Shown here: piece after piece, positions 56,812 through 64,000 of the stretch
Layout: each line of letters opens with the position of its first letter
Position numbering within the stretch: position 1 is the stretch's first letter
Origin: Coprothermobacterota bacterium
GTDB taxonomy: Bacteria; Coprothermobacterota; Coprothermobacteria; Coprothermobacterales; Coprothermobacteraceae
Reading direction: 5' to 3'
DNA length: 64,000 bases
Assembly: GCA_036679065.1 (NCBI GenBank)
Contig: JAZIGN010000003.1
Coordinates: 576,001 to 640,000, forward strand
Position numbers and translations under genes: made by a program
The notes under the pieces: generated by a model
Databases searched by the model: none
Told to the model about the DNA's origin: nothing
Seen by the model: only the letters and a program-made list of their open reading frames with translations

Positions 56812-57833
56812 TTGAACCATTGAATTACGACAAAGAAACTGGAACGCTTTACGTATTGGATCAGACACTGTTGCCTTATGAGGAGCGCTATGTGGCGATA
56901 AAAACGTTGGACGAGCTTATCGAAGCCATAAAGGCATTGAGGGTCAGAGGAGCACCTCTACTGGGTTTGGCTGGCGCCTATGGTCTGCTTTTTGCAGTTC
57001 TTGAAAGTGAGAAGTCTCTACATTTCTGGGAAGAACTGCAAAGAAGGGTGGATCTACTGGTTAACGCGAGACCAACTGCCGTCAATCTGAAGAAAGAAGT
57101 AGATTCCATTTTGCAAGATATTCCCATGACAGCTGAACCGTACGAAGTGGCTGCCATGGTCTACGAGAAGGTACTCTCTCTCGAGAACAGATTGAAGAGT
57201 GATGATCTAAGCCTGGCGTCACATGGGGCAGATCTGCTCATGGGTAAGCGCCGCATACTTACCATATGCAATACCGGAACATTGGCAACTGGGGGCATAG
57301 GTACTGCTCTGGGCATCGTAAAAGTAAAACATGCCAGGGGCGATTTGGACGTGGCTTACCTTTGTGAAACCAGGCCTGTTCTTCAGGGGGCCAGGTTGTC
57401 TGCATGGGAACTTGTCAAGGAGAATGTCCCTCACTACATAATCACAGACAATACAGCTCCTTATTTGATGTCTTTAGGGAAGGTTGACGCCGTAGTGGTG
57501 GGTGCGGATCGAGTGGCTAAAAATGGCGATACCGCAAACAAAGTGGGGACGCTTATGCTGGCCATTGCTGCAAGACACTATGGCATAGAATTTTACGTGG
57601 CTGCACCCACTAGTAGTTTTGATATGACCATTCCTGACGGGCAGGCCATCGTGATTGAAGAAAGAGATCCAGAGGAGGTTTTGCAAATTCGTGGTGTTCG
57701 GATTGCGCCTGAGGGAAGTGCTGCTTTGAACTACGCTTTTGACGTTACGCCAGCGTCACTCATCGATGGTTACATTACGGAACAAGGTATATTGAAGGCA
57801 CCCTTCACGGAGGTGAAGAAGGTTGAACGATAG
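56808..57833 (+). CDS. mtnA: S-methyl-5-thioribose-1-phosphate isomerase
   Basis: LDQTLLP, VRGAP, ARPTAVNL, CNTG.LAT.G.GTALG, ETRP.LQGARL, VGADR..NGD.ANKVGT. Confidence 0.94.
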   Translation: MIEPLNYDKETGTLYVLDQTLLPYEERYVAIKTLDELIEAIKALRVRGAPLLGLAGAYGLLFAVLESEKSLHFWEELQRRVDLLVNARPTAVNLKKEVDSILQDIPMTAEPYEVAAMVYEKVLSLENRLKSDDLSLASHGADLLMGKRRILTICNTGTLATGGIGTALGIVKVKHARGDLDVAYLCETRPVLQGARLSAWELVKENVPHYIITDNTAPYLMSLGKVDAVVVGADRVAKNGDTANKVGTLMLAIAARHYGIEFYVAAPTSSFDMTIPDGQAIVIEERDPEEVLQIRGVRIAPEGSAALNYAFDVTPASLIDGYITEQGILKAPFTEVKKVER

Positions 57834-58518
57834 GCAAAAAACCGACGAGGAAGTAAGAGCTTCTTCCCTTGAAACTGAAAACGGCAGCGAGAACGAGAAA
57901 CAGGAAAGCAGTGGGGAAGCGGCTGAAAATCTGCACATGGACGGACATGAGAACAGCTCCGAATCCACTGATGAACGGAATTCCGGAAGCAAAGAGGCAA
58001 GTGAGAACATGAATGACATGAATAACATGAATAACAATGAGCTTTCTAAGAAACTGGAACAACTTGAGACTGAAAGGCTAACGCTTCAGGAAAAGATAGC
58101 TGTCTTGGAAAAGCAGCACAGGGAATTGGAAGAGTTTCTTATAAAAATGAAGCATGAGTTTGCTTTAGCAAAGGAAGCGTTAAAGCGTGACCAAGAGAAA
58201 AAGGAAAAACTTCTGGCGGAGTCCATGGCAAGGGATTTATTCCCCATCCTTGATACTTTGGACCACGCTCTGGAACATGATGGTGACAACAATGGTCTGA
58301 GAATGATAAGAAGCCAGCTTGTTTCAGTCTTGGAAAAGTACGGCGTGGTTGAAGTGGGTAAGGAAGGGGAAGATTTTGATCCCAATTGGCATGAATTTCT
58401 TGGGTATGCAGAAGGGCCAGAAGACAAAGTCATAAAAGTGGTACGCAAGGGTTATAAGATCGGCGACACGCTGCTCAGACCAGCACTAGTGATCATAGGA
58501 AAGCAGTCTTCTTGCTAA
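57823..58518 (+). CDS. grpE: Nucleotide exchange factor GrpE
   Basis: Coiled coil, L.P.LD.L..AL, GE.FDPNWHE, KGYKIGD.LLRPA.V; long low-complexity N-terminus; start uncertain. Confidence 0.88.
   Translation: MNDRQKTDEEVRASSLETENGSENEKQESSGEAAENLHMDGHENSSESTDERNSGSKEASENMNDMNNMNNNELSKKLEQLETERLTLQEKIAVLEKQHRELEEFLIKMKHEFALAKEALKRDQEKKEKLLAESMARDLFPILDTLDHALEHDGDNNGLRMIRSQLVSVLEKYGVVEVGKEGEDFDPNWHEFLGYAEGPEDKVIKVVRKGYKIGDTLLRPALVIIGKQSSC
58006..58032 (+). repeat. 9-bp tandem repeat x3 inside grpE
   Basis: aacatgaat-gacatgaat-aacatgaat encoding NMN-DMN-NMN. Confidence 0.7.
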
Positions 58519-58602
58519 GCTGCCGTATTGGTTTCATCTGGCAGTTTTACAAGCCCCCCATAGTCTGTTTTACCTAAAGCAGTGGTAATGTAATATTAAT
58601 AT

Positions 58603-60324
58603 ATGAGAAGAATTTTGCGGTTCGTTAAAGAGCATGTGTGGTTTTATGTAATTGCATTAGGGCTTTTGATTGGTGTCGATGCGGTTCAGGTTTTTCTTCC
58701 CCTGATTTTGGGTGAGTTTGTTAATGCCGTTACAGCCCTGGAATCCAATGTGGCTCGCTACGCCTACATTTACCTGGGGTTAGTAGTAGTTATGACACTC
58801 ATGCGCTATGCATACCGTTACATATTACAACGCATGGCGCTGGTCTTTGACTACGACCTAAGAAAGAAGACATTTAGCGAGCTTTTGAAGGTGCCAAACG
58901 AGTTTCTTTACGACTACGATATAGGAGATCTTATGAGCAGACTCACCAACGATCTGCATGCTATTAGGCAGTTTATGCAAATGGGTCTCATAAGCTTAAT
59001 TGACGTTTTAGTTTTAGGCGTGAGTACCATCGTAATGATGCTTCTTTTGGATAGGATGCTGTTTTGGTATGCAGTTGTGCCTTTAATTGGTGTAACCGTT
59101 TTTACAATCTTTTTCAGCCGTTACATATTTGTTTTCTTCAAGAAAATTCAGGATACATTTGGATCTCTGACTGAACGTGTTCAGGAGTTTCTTACCAACA
59201 TTAGGGTGTTGCGGGCATTCGGAAAAGGGCATAAAGCCATAGGTATTTTCGAATCAGTGAACGCTGATTATTACAGGTACTATCTTAGGGAAGTACGTCT
59301 GGACGCTCTGTTTGGCCCCATAACAGGCCTTTTCGCTGGCATTTCCACCCTTCTAGTAATCTGGGCGGGTATCAGAGAACTGCAAACAGGGCGCTTGGAA
59401 CTTGGTACTTTGGTTTCTTATGTGAACTACATTGGCTTGCTTCTGTGGCCCATGATGGCAATTGGATTTGGTTTGTCCAACCTGCAACGTGCTAATGCGT
59501 CCATGAAAAGAATAGAGGACATCATATTGGCTCCTAAAGAGGTTCCTTGCTTTGAACCATGCCAGCACGTTAAGAAGTTTGAGAAACTCGAAGTTAAGAA
59601 TTTGCATTTTTCATACGGTGATCGCAAAGTGCTAGAGGATGTGCATCTAGAGGTGAACGCTGGTGAACTAATTGGTATTGCAGGCCCCATCGGCAGCGGA
59701 AAATCCACACTCACAAAGTTACTTATCAGGGTGTTGGAACCTCCTGACAAGACCGTTTTCGTAAACGGTATCGACGTTAAACACATACCGTTGAAAGAGC
59801 TCAGATCGTTGGTAACGTATGTTCCTCAGAGTATTTATTTGTTCTCCATGACTGTTCGTGATAATCTGAAGTTTGGTAACCCTGAAGCTACCGATGAACA
59901 GATTTGGGAAGCACTGGAGGTAGCTTGCCTGGCAGAGGATATTAAACTGCTGCCTCAGGGCTTGGATACGCTCATTGGTGAAAGAGGACTAACCCTTTCT
60001 GGTGGCCAAAAGCAACGCATGGCAATTGCACGTGCTTTGTTAGCTAATAGGCCTCTTCTCATGCTGGATGATGCTTTTTCTGCCTTGGATACGGTCACTG
60101 AAGAACAGCTGGTCAAGAATTTGGTGGATTACGCTCGTTTGAACAACAAGAGTGTAATCTTGGTTAGTCACAGGATCAGTGCTTTGCTGCCCACTGATAG
60201 AGTTTATGTGCTCATCAACGGAAGTACGAAAGAATTTGGGCCACCTGCTGAACTCATAAAACAGCAAGGGTATTTGGCTCATCTCTATAGAATTCAAGTG
60301 CTGGAGGGGTTAGTCCATGGATGA
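58603..60324 (+). CDS. Heterodimeric ABC exporter subunit (BmrC/YheI/MdlA-like)
   Basis: GDLMSRLTND, GPIGSGKS, LSGGQKQR, Walker B LDDAFS (E to D). Confidence 0.92.
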   Translation: MRRILRFVKEHVWFYVIALGLLIGVDAVQVFLPLILGEFVNAVTALESNVARYAYIYLGLVVVMTLMRYAYRYILQRMALVFDYDLRKKTFSELLKVPNEFLYDYDIGDLMSRLTNDLHAIRQFMQMGLISLIDVLVLGVSTIVMMLLLDRMLFWYAVVPLIGVTVFTIFFSRYIFVFFKKIQDTFGSLTERVQEFLTNIRVLRAFGKGHKAIGIFESVNADYYRYYLREVRLDALFGPITGLFAGISTLLVIWAGIRELQTGRLELGTLVSYVNYIGLLLWPMMAIGFGLSNLQRANASMKRIEDIILAPKEVPCFEPCQHVKKFEKLEVKNLHFSYGDRKVLEDVHLEVNAGELIGIAGPIGSGKSTLTKLLIRVLEPPDKTVFVNGIDVKHIPLKELRSLVTYVPQSIYLFSMTVRDNLKFGNPEATDEQIWEALEVACLAEDIKLLPQGLDTLIGERGLTLSGGQKQRMAIARALLANRPLLMLDDAFSALDTVTEEQLVKNLVDYARLNNKSVILVSHRISALLPTDRVYVLINGSTKEFGPPAELIKQQGYLAHLYRIQVLEGLVHG

Positions 60325-62092
60325 TGTCTTAGATCAGGAAGAACAAACACGACGCCACAGCGATAGAGAACTGCTGGCATTTTTGTGGCCCTATGTTAGA
60401 CCTCACTTGCCAGTTATCATTGTAACGTTGCTTGCCACCTTAGGTGCTGCTGTGAGTTCCGTGCTCCAGCCTTACATGTTCAAGATCATCATTGATGATC
60501 ACATAAAGGTTATGAATTTCAGCGGTTTAAGCAATTTACTCCTGATTTACCTTTTACTGCTGGGAGTCTATTTTGCTTTGAGCTGGGCTCAGATGTACCT
60601 CAGCAGTGTTTTTGGCCAGAAAATCACTTGGCAGCTTCGTGTTGATTTAATGAAATATCTCATGTCGTTGAAGGTCGATTTCTTTAACAGGAACCCGGTG
60701 GGGAAATTGGTTACCCGCGTAACCAACGATGTAGCGAACCTAAACGAAATGATCAGTGCCGGGTTTGTATCTTTGATTGCCGACTTCTTTTTACTGGTAA
60801 GTATTTTAGTAATGATGTTGCTAATGAACTGGCGTCTTACTCTGGTGGTCATGTTAGCGGTGGTGCCTATAGCAATCATGCTCCAAGTGTTGGGTTTTGC
60901 TCTCAGGCGCATATGGCGTGTCATCAGACGTATTGTTTCACGCATGAACGTTTACGCTCAGGAAATGCTTTCCGGTTTTGTGGTGGTAAAGGCCTTCACA
61001 CGAGAGCCGTTATGTGAAGAGGAATACGATGCCATAAACCGAGAGCACTATGAGAACCAACTACGAGCAGCTAAAATAAGAGTTTTCTTTTATCCCTCTG
61101 TGGGTCTTCTCAGAGAAGTTGGACGTGCTTTGGTTTTGTTGTACGGTGGTTATCTCATTTCGAAGGGCTTGGTCTCTGTGGGAACGCTGGTGTCATTTTT
61201 CCAGCTCCTGCCCATGATGTTTGACCCCATCGCGGATTTTTCGGACAAGTTCACACTTTTCCAAACAGCTTTTGCATCTTTGGAAAAGATCATGGACGTC
61301 ATGGAAGTCAAGGAAGTGGAATACAAGGGTAAAGACTATGCTGGTCCGCTCCATGGAGATGTTTCCTTTGATTTAGTTAGCTTTGCCTACGAGGAGGAAC
61401 CTGTTCTCAGAGACGTTTCATTCGATCTTGAACAGGGACAAACTTTGGCCATTGTTGGACCCACAGGTGCTGGTAAATCCACCATCTTGAACCTGCTCAT
61501 AGGCTTTTACGAGAACTACGAGGGGCAAGTTCTTGTTGATCAAGTGGAACTAAGAGATTGGGATATTGAGCAGTATCGCCACAACTTGGCTTTGGTACTT
61601 CAAGAAGTTCAGCTTTTCCATGACACCATACGCAATAACATAACGCTGTGGGATGAAGCTAACGATGAAGAACTTGAGGCAATACTAAGAATAGTCAATG
61701 CAGACTTTGTTATGAATTTGCCAGGGGGGTTGGATTACATGCTTGCCCCTGAAGGTGCTAACCTTTCTCAGGGTCAAAGGCAGCTTATTGCCTTTGCTCG
61801 TGCTTTGTATCATAAACCGAAACTGCTTTTGCTGGATGAAGCCACGGCAAACATCGACACTGATACCGAGCGTCTGATTCAGAACGCTTTACCCAAACTA
61901 ATGAAAGGACGGACTACTGTGGTTATTGCTCACAGGTTGAGTACTATTCAAGAAGCTGATAAGATTGTTGTAATCAACCATGGAAGGGTGATTGAATCAG
62001 GAACTCATCAGGAATTAATAGCGAAGAAAGGTTTTTACTATGAACTTTATACTACTCAGCTCATGGCTGGTACTGCGGGAGTGATGGAATGA
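60317..62092 (+). CDS. Heterodimeric ABC exporter subunit (BmrD/YheH/MdlB-like)
   Basis: PVGKLVTRVTND, GPTGAGKS, LSQGQ, LDEATA, IAHR. Confidence 0.92.
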   Translation: MDDVLDQEEQTRRHSDRELLAFLWPYVRPHLPVIIVTLLATLGAAVSSVLQPYMFKIIIDDHIKVMNFSGLSNLLLIYLLLLGVYFALSWAQMYLSSVFGQKITWQLRVDLMKYLMSLKVDFFNRNPVGKLVTRVTNDVANLNEMISAGFVSLIADFFLLVSILVMMLLMNWRLTLVVMLAVVPIAIMLQVLGFALRRIWRVIRRIVSRMNVYAQEMLSGFVVVKAFTREPLCEEEYDAINREHYENQLRAAKIRVFFYPSVGLLREVGRALVLLYGGYLISKGLVSVGTLVSFFQLLPMMFDPIADFSDKFTLFQTAFASLEKIMDVMEVKEVEYKGKDYAGPLHGDVSFDLVSFAYEEEPVLRDVSFDLEQGQTLAIVGPTGAGKSTILNLLIGFYENYEGQVLVDQVELRDWDIEQYRHNLALVLQEVQLFHDTIRNNITLWDEANDEELEAILRIVNADFVMNLPGGLDYMLAPEGANLSQGQRQLIAFARALYHKPKLLLLDEATANIDTDTERLIQNALPKLMKGRTTVVIAHRLSTIQEADKIVVINHGRVIESGTHQELIAKKGFYYELYTTQLMAGTAGVME

Positions 62093-62682
62093 ATCTGTTA
62101 AACCAAATTTTGTTCTTTGTTTTGTTTATGTACTCTGTCATATTGCACGAAGTGGCTCACGGTTATGCAGCGCGGATCTCTGGTGATGATACTGCGTACT
62201 TGAGTGGGAGACTCACCTTTAGCCCTTTGGCACACATTGATCCGATGGGAACAATTGTACTGCCACTTCTTCTTTACATTATGGGGTCTCCGGTGCTGTT
62301 TGGCTGGGCAAAGCCGGTTCCTATAAATTTGTATAAACTCGACTCAAAGGGACTCTTTTTGGTCAGCATTGCAGGTGTCTTTACCAATTTTGTACTAAGC
62401 TTGCTACTGCTGGTGCTTTACAATTTTATTCCTTGGTCTCTTCTGTTGCAGTTATCACTGATTAACTTCTGGCTAATGGCTTTTAACTTGATTCCTTTGC
62501 CACCCTTAGATGGTAGCAAGATTCTTCTTAGTTTCTTTTCCTTTGAAACAAGAGCAAAGGTAATGGCACTGGATCAGTATGGGTTTTTCATCATATTTGT
62601 GTTACTTGCGCTAAATTTCTTCAACGGCTACTTCAACTTTGTCTTCAGGGTTTTCATGAGTATTGCGAACCTCATTTTGTAA
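62089..62682 (+). CDS. Site-2 protease family (peptidase M50)
   Basis: HEVAH, GDDT...GRLT..PL.HIDP.G, FNLIPLPPLDG. Confidence 0.93.
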   Translation: MNLLNQILFFVLFMYSVILHEVAHGYAARISGDDTAYLSGRLTFSPLAHIDPMGTIVLPLLLYIMGSPVLFGWAKPVPINLYKLDSKGLFLVSIAGVFTNFVLSLLLLVLYNFIPWSLLLQLSLINFWLMAFNLIPLPPLDGSKILLSFFSFETRAKVMALDQYGFFIIFVLLALNFFNGYFNFVFRVFMSIANLIL

Positions 62683-62745
62683 AATAACGGTCCGGTTATC
62701 TTAATTAACCAATATGCATTGTGTGCTAAACCCAGTACTTGTCTA

Positions 62746-62773
62746 TTGACAAGTTTTGTAGCGATGTTATAAT
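62746..62773 (+). promoter_or_regulatory. Sigma70 promoter of tRNA-Asn
   Basis: TTGACA-16 nt (ending TGT)-TATAAT. Confidence 0.75.
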
Positions 62774-62787
62774 AATAATCAGCCGGT

Positions 62788-62863
62788 TCCGGAGTAGCTC
62801 AATCGGCAGAGCAGCGGACTGTTAATCCGTTGGTTGCAGGTTCGAGTCCTGCCTCCGGAGCCA
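62788..62863 (+). tRNA. tRNA-Asn(GTT)
   Basis: Acceptor stem TCCGGAG/CTCCGGA, anticodon arm GCGGA-ctGTTaa-TCCGT, GGTTCGAGTCC, encoded CCA; 76 nt. Confidence 0.97.
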
Positions 62864-62883
62864 TTTTTGTTTCTGAATTGGCA

Positions 62884-62926
62884 AAAAGAAAAGAGCCCTC
62901 AAATTCCTTGGGGGCTCTTTTCTTTT
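62884..62926. terminator. Bidirectional intrinsic terminator
   Basis: aaaagaaaagagccctcaa...ttgggggctcttttctttt. Confidence 0.85.
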
Positions 62927-62948
62927 ATGTGTGGTGTGTGCGATCGGT

Positions 62949-63437
62949 TTATTCTCTATTACCCAGCTCATGATCCAGCATAAACAAACCTGCTGGCTCA
63001 TCCTTTATCATTTCAAGCTTCTTCACTATGCGATCAGCCTGGGCTTCTTCTTCTACCTGCTCCTTGACATACCACTGTAAGAACTCCATGGTGCCGTAGT
63101 CTTTTGCTGACTGTGCAATTTCGAGTAGGCCGTAAATTGACTGTGTGATAAACTTTTCGTGGTCATAAGCGTCCTGGAAAGCTCTCAGTGGTGATTCCCA
63201 TGTTTGCTGAGGCTTGTCAATGGCCATCAGTTCCACTTGGCCTCCCCGTTCTAGCACGTAATTGAATAGCTTCATGGCGTGGTTCAATTCTTCGCCAGCT
63301 TGAGCTGTCATCCATTTAGCAAAACCAGAAAGGTTTTTGGATTCAAAATCAGCTGCCATTGACAAATACAAGTAAGCTGAGAAAAGTTCTTTGTTTATTT
63401 GTTCGTTTAAAGCTTTTTCTACTGTTTCTGTAAGCAT
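62949..63437 (-). CDS. ftn: Non-heme ferritin
   Basis: LNEQINKELFSAYLYLSM, EELNHA, HEKFIT, FLQWYVKEQVEEE; ATG 63437 after a GGAGG RBS. Confidence 0.95.
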   Translation of the reverse strand: MLTETVEKALNEQINKELFSAYLYLSMAADFESKNLSGFAKWMTAQAGEELNHAMKLFNYVLERGGQVELMAIDKPQQTWESPLRAFQDAYDHEKFITQSIYGLLEIAQSAKDYGTMEFLQWYVKEQVEEEAQADRIVKKLEMIKDEPAGLFMLDHELGNRE

Positions 63438-63453
63438 GTTAATTTGCCTCCCT

Positions 63454-63915
63454 TTAGCCTTGTTCCAAGGCTTTGACAATTTCCTCATAAGGTGGTTCTT
63501 TGCCAGGGTCTTCGCTCACCCACGCGTAAGTCACTGCACCGTCTTCAACGATGAATACTGCTCTTTTGGCTGCCGTATAGTTAGGAACGCCTGCGAAATC
63601 TGTGTGAACTCCACCGTACTGCTTTGCCACTTCTCCACCAAAGTCAGACAGCAGAGGGAACTCAATGCCGTTGTGCTCTGCAAAAGCCTTATTCGCAAAT
63701 GGGGTGTCAACGCTGATGCCCAGCACTTTCGCGTTAAGTTCATTAAACTTTGCCATCATGTCTCGGAACGTGCACATTTCCTTCGTGCACACGCCGGTAA
63801 ATGCACCAGGGTAAAAAGCCAGAACGACTTTACCCTTAAGTGATGACAATTTAACTTTCTGCAAATTATGGTCTACCAATTCAAAATCTGGTGCTGAACT
63901 TCCCACTGTTAGCAT
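63454..63915 (-). CDS. Peroxiredoxin (BCP/PrxQ-like, CxxxxC)
   Basis: APDFEL, FYPGAFTGVCTKEMC, GISVD, FPLLSD, KRAVFIV; ATG 63915 after GAGGTG. Confidence 0.92.
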   Translation of the reverse strand: MLTVGSSAPDFELVDHNLQKVKLSSLKGKVVLAFYPGAFTGVCTKEMCTFRDMMAKFNELNAKVLGISVDTPFANKAFAEHNGIEFPLLSDFGGEVAKQYGGVHTDFAGVPNYTAAKRAVFIVEDGAVTYAWVSEDPGKEPPYEEIVKALEQG

Positions 63916-64000
63916 ATTTTTATCACCTCTATTTAAGAGGTACCCAAAATCCTGCACACTTATTCTTTACGGTGCATGCGAAAATATGTTCTAAGACAGG

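Noticed and set aside
1..64000. Many short alternative-frame or antisense ORFs in the track (e.g. 608-1054, 5126-5494, 16843-17289, 27612-28052, 39139-39600, 43404-43919, 63391-63843)
   Set aside because: They lie opposite or inside well-supported genes, have no recognisable motifs or RBS, and look like antisense shadows.
1..64000. CRISPR array, IS element, integrase, prophage or defence island
   Set aside because: No regularly spaced repeats and no transposase, recombinase, phage or cas motifs were seen; intergenic gaps are all under 300 bp.

Overview
A 64-kb, gene-dense stretch of ordinary bacterial chromosome, with about 60 CDS, 2 tRNAs and 1 TPP riboswitch. I saw no IS, integrase, prophage or CRISPR array. 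The gene content (PDO, EF-G2, GlgC/GlgD, TM287/288-like ABC exporters, IorB) suggests an anaerobic, probably thermophilic fermenter; it looks Coprothermobacter-like, but that is an unverified impression. Housekeeping content: murB, a phoBR-pstSCAB-phoU module, dnaE, rsmG, uppP, TPP riboswitch-thiT-thiN, feoAB, uppS-parAB-coaX-glgDC-murE-like, topB-moaD-moaE, greA-lysS, tRNA-Arg, sua5-queT-mtnA-grpE, tRNA-Asn, and peroxiredoxin-ferritin. The most interesting locus is at 373-3920. A CsoR/CstR-family repressor lacking the Cu-binding His heads an operon encoding an IscS-like protein whose PLP Schiff-base Lys is replaced by Arg (catalytic Cys kept), an IscU-DUF59 fusion and a flavodoxin-like protein. 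A convergent protein-disulfide oxidoreductase gene carries a related GC-tract palindromic operator. Together these suggest a persulfide/redox-regulated Fe-S assembly regulon that may not use cysteine desulfuration. Other observations: many apparently leaderless genes, a shared palindromic -10 between phoB and dnaE, a pho-box promoter inside the phoR 3' end, a ThiT with a large insertion, a divergent MurE, an acyl-ACP-reductase-like gene pair, and tandem csp genes with asymmetric divergence. All protein calls come from recognising motifs by eye; no database searches were run.
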